NCBI GenBank assembly: GCA_964509975.1
Contig: CAZDZO010000002.1
Location: forward strand, 10,759-74,758
Source: an uncultured Candidatus Peribacteria bacterium
GTDB lineage: Bacteria > Patescibacteriota > Gracilibacteria > UBA4473
Direction of reading: 5' to 3'
Length of the DNA: 64,000 nt
The translations under genes were made by a program, and so were the position numbers. The notes below the pieces were generated by a model. The model was given only the letters and a program-made list of their open reading frames with translations. It did not search any database and was not told the DNA's origin. Shown here in pieces: positions 9,401 through 17,956 of this stretch (positions are counted from its first letter, which is position 1; the number at the start of each line of letters is the position of its first letter).

Positions 9401-12400
9401 AGGATAGGCCATTTGCACCGGTTGGAGTTCTACTTCTGGAATAGGAAGCTCCAGCGAAATATCGATACGAGAGAAATCCATAAATATATCCGGCAATCGT
9501 GGAGCTGGAATAACGGGAAGTTTTATACTTCCCAAAAGAAGGTTAATCAAAACGGTTGTACTTGATCCTCGCTCTACAGAACAAGTCGGACAGTCTGCTT
9601 TGAAGTTTGTGAAAGCTTCTAAAAGAATACCAAAACTCGCAAAGAACTCTTTTATCTCTTCTTTAAATTGTTTCCATTTATCGATAGCGCGATCATTCGC
9701 CTCTAACCATTCAAAGACATACGTCTCAATTGCTTTTGCGTATTTCTCAAACTGTTTTCCAAGCTGCGTAATCTTTCCTTTTTCTTCATCATAAAGTTCG
9801 CGCATCATTTTTGGGAATTCTTCATAAGATTTGATGGCATCCCAGTTATTATCGAGAGCTTGAGCATTTTGTTCCACTGAAGAAATGAATTCATCAAAAG
9901 CCTCAATATTTTTAAGATACTTTTGACAACTTTCACTGGTCATTTGTCCTTTACAAGAAGATTGATAATCCGCCTTCGCTTCTTGCTTCTGTGTTTTATA
10001 TTTATCAGCTGCATCTTTCCAAGCTTGAATCTGCATCTTATATTTCACTACCTCGAGATTATCTCCATCGGCATTTTTCTTTGGAAATACGGGATAAGGG
10101 AAAGTATATCGTTTCGGAGTGACGGTTATCCAAGATTTTTGTTCGAGTTTTTTCCAAAGATTTCGTCCCAAAACTTCTGAATTTGGAGAAAATAATGGAG
10201 ATACTTCTTTGTCTTCTTGTTCTTTTTGTTCTTCCGATCGCATCTGTGGAAGCTTTGGTTTCCAAAGTTTTGGAGTTGGAAGTTTGATATTATTAAACTC
10301 GTCTTTTTGTGCATCGATCCAATCTTGTACGACTTCTGTCGCATGAATGGCTATATTGGATTTATATTTTTTAAAATCTGGTTTGAATTCGGATGGATTA
10401 AAATCATCAATTATATCGCGAAGTGAATCTTGTGTCTCACTGGATTGACCGCCTCCGCTACTATCTGACGGACAAGCGATACTTCCTAATGCCTGAAGAA
10501 TCGGAATATCAACTACAACACAATTTCCTAATGGATACTGTGTTACATCGCCAATCGCTGGAAGTAATCCACAAAATCCCAACGCTAAGTGTGCTGACGT
10601 TGTCGGCATCGTATAGAAACGGAAAACAGAGGATTGATAGGCTGTTGCTGGAGTGAAAGGAGGACAAAATCCTGCTGTAGCAACACAGGTTACCGGATCA
10701 ATTGTAAGTGCTGGTAATGGCGTTGGGAACTTTGGAAGACTGATAATAGCAAAAGGAGGCACATAAAGCGTTTGTTTTCCAGGAGCAAATGGCGGAATAG
10801 CAATTGAAGGGATTTTTGCCGCAAGCCCACATCCTCCACAACTCAAAAGTGACATCTTCACCTTTTGATTAATAATTCCAAATCCATCCCACGTGGGAGG
10901 AAGTTCATCTTCTCCATTTTCTCCCGTTCCCACACCTTTCCCCTCTCCGCCAGCCCCTTCATTTCCATTGGCACTTCCTGTTTTATAAAGATTCATATAT
11001 TTTTCTTTCGCCAGTGGTGTTGGGTCTGTTGGAGTTGTGATTGGCACTATCTTCTGCCCATGAGGAAATTCTGTTCCATTATGATTTGGCGTAGAAGAGA
11101 GATATTGAATCATTTGTTTCTCTCCATCTTGTTCCCATCCAATAAGGATATCATCTAATCCATCATTAATATCAAAATCAAATACCTCGAATTCTAACGG
11201 AGTTAGTTCTGCAACTGTCAGATTCCATGTCATGAACACTTCTACTCCAGAGGAAAGTCCTTCCTCTTTGAGATAGCCCCAAAGTTCCATATCATCAGGC
11301 ACTTCTTCACGGAACGCAATTTCTCCATTACAGCCATTACACACAAAGGAGTCTTTTACATACTCCATTCCCTGCATATGTGGAATAAGAAATTCGAAAT
11401 TCTCAAGAGCCATCTTTGGGGTAAAAGATACCCCTGCTTTTAGCGTATTTCCTTTTTGAAGTGGCCCCGTTTCTTCTTGTTCAAGTGTGAATTCTGCATC
11501 TATTTTCATTTGAAATGGGATTTCCAAAAACACTGTCTGGAAATCACCCTCTCCCAATATTTCTTCTGTCATAATCGCTAATTGCTCTTGTGACGTCTCT
11601 GCTCCTTGTAATGACTTTGTAATGTCCTCAAGCTTTTCTGTTGAAACCGGAACACTTCCAAAATTGAGATGCAGTCCCCCTTCTCCCAAATTCCGTTGGA
11701 AAGCATCTTCTGGAAGTTTCTCTTCACTCTGAAGAAATTTTATTGCTTTATCCGGAGTCTTCTCCGTAATATCCTCTTTAATTCCCTCATAAGATACAAA
11801 GATATTTTCAAGATTTGGAAATTTCTCTTGTTCAAGATAAATACGACGATTCCAATCCTGCTCTTTAGCAACTTCATATATTTCTTCTATAGGATCAAGT
11901 GTTGGCGCAAAACTTTCAATATGTTCCACGGGAGAGAATTTACCTACATTTTTCGTTCCCATTGCTGTCCAAAGGCTCTTTTCTTCATCTGCAAAAGTCA
12001 GATCATCTAAATATCGATCTCCGTTAAAATCTCCTACATAGATTTCTTTTATTTTTCCTTCAAACTCCCCCAAATCAACTTCTCCTTCTCTTGAGAACGT
12101 TCCATTTGTATTTTTGTGCAATAGCAACTTTCCTTCTCCATTCAACTGCAAGATGTCTACAAAATCATCATGGTCATTATCAACCAAAAGAACTTTGGAA
12201 ACGCCATCAGCAAAGCGAAGAAGCGGGCCTGTGTCACGAAAATTATCAATTTCACTATTCTCTTGATAGAGCGCAAATAAGGTGTCTCCCACCAAATTCA
12301 TGATATCGGGCACCCCATCGGCATTCAGATCTCCCACAAGAATTTGTTCTATCGATCCATCTGGACTTTTCCAAATTGGTTTTCCGATATCATCGGTTAA

Positions 12401-15400
12401 TCCATTATCTGAAGCAGTATTTGCGGTTGCCAAAGTGGCCGTAGGGTCTCCGAGCAAGATAAAGGCATCACTAGAATTCCATTTTGTCGAATCTCCTACC
12501 ATATTTCCTGCCGCAAAAAGAGCGGCTGGTTTCCAACTTTTTTTCCAAAGAATATCCGGATCATTCTGTACATCTTCGGCAGATAAATGAGGAGCTCCCA
12601 GCATCCGTGAAGGCGATTCTTCTTCGTTAGGATCAATAAGCACTAATCCACGATTGTCATTTGTTGATGCACCGGTAAAGGCTTCTGCTATTTGAATATC
12701 TTTGACTTCTATGATTACAAAAATTCCTTCTGACAAAGACGAAATCCTATTGAGGGATTCTACTTCAACAATACTTTCTTGTGGTGACACAACCGTAATT
12801 GTTCCTATTTTCTTTTTTCCCACTACAACGGTCGTCTCGAGGAAAGAATCTCCTTCAATAGTGAAAGTAGCGCCCCCTTGCACTAACTCAATCCCTCCAC
12901 TTGCGTGCACTGAAAACACATGATTTCCTTCAAGAAGTATACTGTCTCCTTCTCGTTTCAGGATATCAATTTGATCTTCTTCGGGCACAAAATAGACCCC
13001 CGGCAATGTCCCCTTCGCACGAGTCACGAAAAACTCTGCTGGTTCTTTGAATTTCACAAAGGCCTTTCCAAGTGATCGAATACTGTCTTTCAAATCAACT
13101 GTGTACAGGTTTTGTCCCGTACGCACCTCCGCTTCGATCTCTCCTGTAAAGTATCCATCCCCGGCCAGGTATCCAATACGTTTTTTTGCTTCTGGAGGAG
13201 TTATTAGTGTCCCCACCGCTTGAGACGATCCGGCAAAAAGAAAGGCACTCGCAATATTTTTATCCGTTAATAAATCTCCTCCATCAAATCCAAGGAGCAA
13301 AGAAAAGAGTGATTTCGGTCCGAGTTCTTCAATTTCTTCTGTAGTGAGATAATCAGTGACTGTAAATTCTATCGTTGAGGGCACAAGATTAGGTGCCTCG
13401 ACACTCATGAGTATCTTTCCAGTGCCTGTTCCCGACGGAGTAATTTCCAACGATCCTTCTCCTCTCAAAAGATTCAATGACCAGCCATTTTCTGTTTCGA
13501 GCAAACTCGTGTCAGGAGACGTCCCTGTTGCTCGAGCAGCCTCAGCAGCTTCTTCCAACGCCAATTGTGCTCCACTGGCTTCTGAAACCACACCCAGTTC
13601 CACAAGCGCATCTCGATCACTTGAAGTTACATTTCCCGGTTGGTTTGGCAATAAATATATCTTTTTATTAAATGTGGTATCAATATTTCCAAATTGATCA
13701 ACAACTGTCACATCAAGATTTATTTCTGCATTTTCATCTTCTCGATCCATTGTCACAGAATCGCTTGCCGTTAAGATTTTTACGGGATCATCTGGTGCTA
13801 CTTCGAGTTCCACCATGCCATTTTCAAATCCAGAACTGGTAAAAGACATTATTGTTTCTCCAGATTTTGTTCCTGCAAAAAAGGAAAAATCTCCAATCCC
13901 TTCTTTGAGCGTGAGGTTTTCTTGAAACTGTCCAATGCCTTCAGGATTCGCAAGCACCCCCACTTCTAAATCATAATTAATTCGCTTTCCTTCCTTTGTC
14001 TCAGCTCTGACGAATAATTCGAGCGGATTTTCTGCCCCCGCTTGTGTTTTTGTTTTTGGGGCTTCAATACGAAGAACCACTTTTTGTGGAACCTTGAATA
14101 TTTGTTTTTGTGAAATTTCTTCCAAAGGAAGCTTGAGAGAAACTGTTGTTTCTGCAAAAGGAAGTTTTTGTTCTGGACGCACAAATATTTTTGATTTCCC
14201 ACTTATCATTGGCATTTCAAATTGTTCAGGTGACGCAACATCACGTACCTCCAAATTATGAGTTGTCCACGTAAAGATGCCTTGCTCTGGAACATTATTT
14301 CCAAATACATCAATTGCTTGTGCCGTAAGAGGAACAAATTGAGAATCGTGCACAAGAATCTCTGTACGAGATTCAAGAACAATATCCGCAATTTCTCCCG
14401 GAAGAATTTTTATAGATTCTGTGACAATCGGAAGCAATCCTACGGTGTCTTTGAGTGTTATTTTGGCTTCTCCTGATCGAATCCCCGGATAAAAAATGAT
14501 TTCCGCCCGTCCATTTTTTATCGTTACATATCCTTTATTTCCAAAGGTTCCCCAGGCGGACTCAAAAAGCAACATACCACCATCTCGATTCTTGGAAGTA
14601 TATCCGTCGGGAGTCGTTATCTTGGCTTGAAGAAGCATTCCTTCTTTGTTATTTACCACCACACGCTCTTTTTCTGGAGAAAAAGAAAGTCCATATTTTG
14701 AGACATTTACCGGAATTGTCTGGAGAACTTTTCCGTCTGATTTCATTTTCATTTCAAACTTTCCTCCCACATCGTTGTCTTTGGGGAAAAGTGTAAAGAT
14801 CGCTTTACCTCCAATAACCGGTGCTTGCTCTCCTGGGAAAACATCAAAGAATTTTTGTCCATTGGAACTATCGAATTCCAATTCAATCGTCTGATCATCT
14901 CCTGATTGCACACTCGTGCCTGCTTTGTTTTTAAGATCTACTTCAAGAATCACGGGGCTCATATCACCGGCTGCCACGTTAATCTTCGGAGTGGAAACTT
15001 TGAGTGCGGTTACTTTTTCTCGAACATCTTTACTCTTATCGGAAGGAGGAATAACGGTAAATTCTTCTACTGACTGCTCATTAGAAGAAGATGATTCTTG
15101 TGAACTTTCATCAGAAGAACTTTCTTCTGAATTTTCAGAAGGAGGAGGGTCCGGCAGAACCGTAAACTTCTGCATCAAAAATGCTGGCAACCCCGTCAAC
15201 CATCCTAAAAAGCATGGAAACCAAGCAATGACATTTTTTCCGCTACATTGAGAAAGACTGCTTTTTTGACTTTCAAAATCAAAATTATTTTTCGCTTTTT
15301 CATGGAGATCTTTCACCTCCGCCCCATCATTAAAAGAGAACTGTGCTTCTTTCAATCGTGCGTCTTGAAAGGCTTCCCCATCGGGATCATCTCCTTGCTG

Positions 15401-17890
15401 AAATCCTGTCTGAATCCCCTGCTCTCCCGTTTTTCCGTCTTCTGCTTTTTCAGCCACAATGCTCATGAGTTCGTATCCATCATGAAAATCATCATCTTGC
15501 ATAAATGCCCGTGCCTCTTCCACAGGAGAAATGGCTATCTCAAAGGTAATTCTATTTTTTTCTTCAATATCTTTATCTATCCAAATAATCGAATTCACTA
15601 CTTCCCGTAGATCGTTGGTGTAGGCTTCAAAAACATCTGACGAAATAGCTCCTCCTGCGCTTGCCGCATTAATTTCTGCTATTTTTGATTGCAGTTCGTC
15701 CAGAATTTCTTGCTCGAGAAGTTCTTTCCGTGCTTCTTCATCTTCCACTTCTGCGTGTCGTCCTATAAACTTAAACGCATTAAAATAATCAATCCGGTGA
15801 AAATCCCATCCTGCATCATAGAATGAAAATCCTCGTGGCTTGTCTACAGGAAGGGCAACGCTTCCCCCATCTTCCATCTGATGAGCAATTGTACTGACCG
15901 TTGGTTCAACATGAAGAAACAATGAATCAATAGTTTTATCTCCACTTGCATCGAGAATGTCTTCACATCCTTGTGCTCCATAATTTCCTGTCAGCATTTC
16001 TTTGGTTCCTGTGATATCGAAGAGGGGTTCTGTGGCTCCTACATGTTCTCGATACTGATTGGTGAGTGTCGGATCGTCATCATCCGCTGGAGGATAAGGC
16101 GTCAATACTCCCAATCCCAGATAATCACGAGTAACCCACTCTGATCCCGTTTCACAATAATCATTTTCATAGTTCAAAGGATCTGTCGTAATTTCTATAT
16201 TAAGAGCACAACACGCTTCAAAAACATCTTCATTGATATCAATATAATTTTTTGTTTCATCTTCGTCGTCATCGTCATTCCACCAAGAATTAAGCGCTCC
16301 CCAATTGGGAGGATTATCTTTTACATTTTCACAAAGCCTGTCGGGATCTCCCGCACTAGGATACTCCTCATCACTCGTTTCTCGGTTATAAGTTCTATTC
16401 GCCTCTACCATCTGTGCATGGGGGTAACTCGTCGTTCGTGGAGTTCCTCGTAGAAGTGAACAATCATCAACATCCATATCGGCTCTCAGAACCCCATTCC
16501 AATACAGATCTTTTTCTCGAGTCTGCGTCATAGGAATAGGAGGGGCCGGCAAAGGCATTGGGATAATATAATCTATATCCACGTCTTCTGTTGTTTTTAC
16601 TTTAATATCTCCTGCTACATTACTTGCTACCAACGCAGTATTAAGAACGCCTTCTAGTTGATCATTAAAGTTTTTGAGAGTTACAGCTGATTCTTCGTCT
16701 TTTTGAGAAATAAGAATAATAGTATTCTCAGAATCCTCAGGACCCCATCGCCCCCCTTCTCCTATTTTGTCGTTATCCAAAGAAAGTTTCCCTTTCCATG
16801 TTTCATAATACCGTTTCATAGCACTCTCAATTATAAGTTTTGTATGAATATCAGGGACATTTGTCATCAAATCTCCAGGAGGAGTAGCATCTGCTGGTGG
16901 TCGCATGTTTTCAGCAATAACACTGGTATCAATGATGTCTTCTGGTCCTAAAAGATTCATGACTTCTTTTGCCCAGTGTTTGGTGTAACGCATGTACGCA
17001 ACGTCTTCGATGTTATCGATCCACGTCTGATATTTTTGAAGGGGCACATCACCAAGTCCTTTTGCTTGAGATTCTGATAAATCTGCTGAAAAAACATTTT
17101 CTCCAAATGTTTCCGTTCCCTGATGCACCGCATCATTTGTCTGCAAAAATCCCCCAAGTTCATCATTTTGAAACTCTTTTAATTTGTCAGCATCCCATCC
17201 CTCATCTTCTCGTGATGGCGAACGGAGTACACCATGCCAAACTTCTGGCTGATGTGTCGCACCCCCTTTGAACACAAAGCGTTCTTTTTCATAATCCCAT
17301 TCGTACACCGGATCTTCGAAGTCCACATACGGAAAAACTGTTGGCCAGAGATTGCCTTCTTTCTCCACCACTGGCAATGGAACGTCTCCAATAAGGATGG
17401 TTCCCACAAGTTGAGAACGTCCATCAAAATTTACCCCTGAAAAATACAAATGCGCATTTCCTTCGTAAATATCGAGAGGTGAAGCATCTTTGGGGATAGG
17501 AATAAATATCACTTCTCCATTCACTGCTGTTTCGACATTCGTGGCATATTTCTTAATTTTGTATTCAAGATCCAAATCCTCAAGCAAACTTTCCTCCACT
17601 AAAAAAGAAACCAGTCTATCTCGTTGAACCTCTGGAACGGAAGAAGATTCCCAAAACCCAAAGAGAGCCTGTGCCGGAGGCGAAAAAATTGGCATCAAAA
17701 GTACTCCAATAAGAAGCACTGCTAAGCGCTTCTTCCAAATTATCTTTGGAGAAGAGAGAATGCTCCACAAGTTCCCTGACTGCGCAGGGACAAAATTCAC
17801 CAATAGCTTCAAAAAACTCCCCTCCCGAGGAAGGTATTTTTTTTCAGCTGGTATCATTTTGTTTATTTTTGTTTTTACAAAGAAAAACAT
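6404..17890 (-). CDS. giant secreted multidomain surface protein (3,828 aa)
   Basis: Uninterrupted 11.5-kb ORF. N-terminal signal/anchor (RLAVLLIGVLLMPIFSPPAQA). Ig-like repeats about 13350-15020 and FG-GAP/VCBS-like DxNxDG repeats about 11990-12345. Cys/Pro-rich hydrophobic segment about 10440-10860, LPxxP proline-rich segment about 9240-9560, PKD-like segment about 7100-7330. Alternative ATG at 17857. Confidence 0.85.
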   Translation of the reverse strand: MFFFVKTKINKMIPAEKKYLPREGSFLKLLVNFVPAQSGNLWSILSSPKIIWKKRLAVLLIGVLLMPIFSPPAQALFGFWESSSVPEVQRDRLVSFLVEESLLEDLDLEYKIKKYATNVETAVNGEVIFIPIPKDASPLDIYEGNAHLYFSGVNFDGRSQLVGTILIGDVPLPVVEKEGNLWPTVFPYVDFEDPVYEWDYEKERFVFKGGATHQPEVWHGVLRSPSREDEGWDADKLKEFQNDELGGFLQTNDAVHQGTETFGENVFSADLSESQAKGLGDVPLQKYQTWIDNIEDVAYMRYTKHWAKEVMNLLGPEDIIDTSVIAENMRPPADATPPGDLMTNVPDIHTKLIIESAMKRYYETWKGKLSLDNDKIGEGGRWGPEDSENTIILISQKDEESAVTLKNFNDQLEGVLNTALVASNVAGDIKVKTTEDVDIDYIIPMPLPAPPIPMTQTREKDLYWNGVLRADMDVDDCSLLRGTPRTTSYPHAQMVEANRTYNRETSDEEYPSAGDPDRLCENVKDNPPNWGALNSWWNDDDDEDETKNYIDINEDVFEACCALNIEITTDPLNYENDYCETGSEWVTRDYLGLGVLTPYPPADDDDPTLTNQYREHVGATEPLFDITGTKEMLTGNYGAQGCEDILDASGDKTIDSLFLHVEPTVSTIAHQMEDGGSVALPVDKPRGFSFYDAGWDFHRIDYFNAFKFIGRHAEVEDEEARKELLEQEILDELQSKIAEINAASAGGAISSDVFEAYTNDLREVVNSIIWIDKDIEEKNRITFEIAISPVEEARAFMQDDDFHDGYELMSIVAEKAEDGKTGEQGIQTGFQQGDDPDGEAFQDARLKEAQFSFNDGAEVKDLHEKAKNNFDFESQKSSLSQCSGKNVIAWFPCFLGWLTGLPAFLMQKFTVLPDPPPSENSEESSSDESSQESSSSNEQSVEEFTVIPPSDKSKDVREKVTALKVSTPKINVAAGDMSPVILEVDLKNKAGTSVQSGDDQTIELEFDSSNGQKFFDVFPGEQAPVIGGKAIFTLFPKDNDVGGKFEMKMKSDGKVLQTIPVNVSKYGLSFSPEKERVVVNNKEGMLLQAKITTPDGYTSKNRDGGMLLFESAWGTFGNKGYVTIKNGRAEIIFYPGIRSGEAKITLKDTVGLLPIVTESIKILPGEIADIVLESRTEILVHDSQFVPLTAQAIDVFGNNVPEQGIFTWTTHNLEVRDVASPEQFEMPMISGKSKIFVRPEQKLPFAETTVSLKLPLEEISQKQIFKVPQKVVLRIEAPKTKTQAGAENPLELFVRAETKEGKRINYDLEVGVLANPEGIGQFQENLTLKEGIGDFSFFAGTKSGETIMSFTSSGFENGMVELEVAPDDPVKILTASDSVTMDREDENAEINLDVTVVDQFGNIDTTFNKKIYLLPNQPGNVTSSDRDALVELGVVSEASGAQLALEEAAEAARATGTSPDTSLLETENGWSLNLLRGEGSLEITPSGTGTGKILMSVEAPNLVPSTIEFTVTDYLTTEEIEELGPKSLFSLLLGFDGGDLLTDKNIASAFLFAGSSQAVGTLITPPEAKKRIGYLAGDGYFTGEIEAEVRTGQNLYTVDLKDSIRSLGKAFVKFKEPAEFFVTRAKGTLPGVYFVPEEDQIDILKREGDSILLEGNHVFSVHASGGIELVQGGATFTIEGDSFLETTVVVGKKKIGTITVVSPQESIVEVESLNRISSLSEGIFVIIEVKDIQIAEAFTGASTNDNRGLVLIDPNEEESPSRMLGAPHLSAEDVQNDPDILWKKSWKPAALFAAGNMVGDSTKWNSSDAFILLGDPTATLATANTASDNGLTDDIGKPIWKSPDGSIEQILVGDLNADGVPDIMNLVGDTLFALYQENSEIDNFRDTGPLLRFADGVSKVLLVDNDHDDFVDILQLNGEGKLLLHKNTNGTFSREGEVDLGEFEGKIKEIYVGDFNGDRYLDDLTFADEEKSLWTAMGTKNVGKFSPVEHIESFAPTLDPIEEIYEVAKEQDWNRRIYLEQEKFPNLENIFVSYEGIKEDITEKTPDKAIKFLQSEEKLPEDAFQRNLGEGGLHLNFGSVPVSTEKLEDITKSLQGAETSQEQLAIMTEEILGEGDFQTVFLEIPFQMKIDAEFTLEQEETGPLQKGNTLKAGVSFTPKMALENFEFLIPHMQGMEYVKDSFVCNGCNGEIAFREEVPDDMELWGYLKEEGLSSGVEVFMTWNLTVAELTPLEFEVFDFDINDGLDDILIGWEQDGEKQMIQYLSSTPNHNGTEFPHGQKIVPITTPTDPTPLAKEKYMNLYKTGSANGNEGAGGEGKGVGTGENGEDELPPTWDGFGIINQKVKMSLLSCGGCGLAAKIPSIAIPPFAPGKQTLYVPPFAIISLPKFPTPLPALTIDPVTCVATAGFCPPFTPATAYQSSVFRFYTMPTTSAHLALGFCGLLPAIGDVTQYPLGNCVVVDIPILQALGSIACPSDSSGGGQSSETQDSLRDIIDDFNPSEFKPDFKKYKSNIAIHATEVVQDWIDAQKDEFNNIKLPTPKLWKPKLPQMRSEEQKEQEDKEVSPLFSPNSEVLGRNLWKKLEQKSWITVTPKRYTFPYPVFPKKNADGDNLEVVKYKMQIQAWKDAADKYKTQKQEAKADYQSSCKGQMTSESCQKYLKNIEAFDEFISSVEQNAQALDNNWDAIKSYEEFPKMMRELYDEEKGKITQLGKQFEKYAKAIETYVFEWLEANDRAIDKWKQFKEEIKEFFASFGILLEAFTNFKADCPTCSVERGSSTTVLINLLLGSIKLPVIPAPRLPDIFMDFSRIDISLELPIPEVELQPVQMAYPDIPPPPEVNLQVNVPGLPVIPVLPKMPDISVNIQIPNLELPNLPVLVDPPVLPDLFVTIRPIFDLLKMFLKLFCLIVQNFLTIPENTLAGHVQQITNRTLLWGIDFTFPSFSLNAPQVPQIDDVEITVEAHIKLPTLIFEILNESLEVLQEFDECLVGSLGEILRGAPPPDNCSFSGAGVFSYQPENYKTSEVKYSIVANGTMPSPVRIEQGSTEKRMWATIQSSARWVAQLVEPKTNVFSTINPKRFSTWLTSVVDVGAIPTEAPTDFDTDAFRAAQLADFEQEPDVYYFNPETGESESVTGFPLDDLTAYTFADLGDDHNEEVLFALESELFLKYRVTPDIDEDDLEKKYEQKHDDNYDDRFGNFTEWDYETFREKFAPARAIQDSLEATGTTFQFERISNGTSYFEWVVTDRPDFIFEYDEDFSNRESEQWNRHAFLLRPAPTRYEIRPMTTQITRIKGSPILYSSPAEAIPRFKQKDCDNPEKEKPFYATESLLVGIDNYSRFEIRVPPREGRPEQVEEKVLHKGEETIVEYGEVCLTRGNVERIDMMTTEKVSPRANTYLPSGSRMELGANDQVILELFDETQITIYPNENYTLYVFEEEDELIRAFQLLKQKNQYGAFQAFTKEGDSFFVSKYLHDPQGDDDVTPPDISLVGGSKISALAFQPVFVDASPTKDSEHNIERVWWDLYPHYDADKDGDPTNDQDFPDPNEEKYYLPRDLLKVELPAYEKEGTFNIMLHVEDEPGNRASEELEVIVRTPIPKIEEASVRSSKVKGGVRGGIADIPITVERNRRGVWESIREEPIVTNDSGDFDLSGLDTSGGIEIKDFTGEEAFEVLENGRPVLYNDLFDITVLPANNIHPTQILLRNEQDAPMAIVSFVIPGEKDVVLDTEELVFELEPAVHVLDRNTQDTIYFSATSEGNVLVKGRQPLALIDRRGDFYGNLRLQIQATKRETDPVVFEILNTDDSVLGSFTISVGENAPIDLKQSTQTVDNL

Positions 17891-17956
17891 GGGGAAAAAG
17901 TGGGGTTTTGTTTCCGCCCTATTGTGCTTTTTTTAAGCAAGAAATTCAAGTATTTT

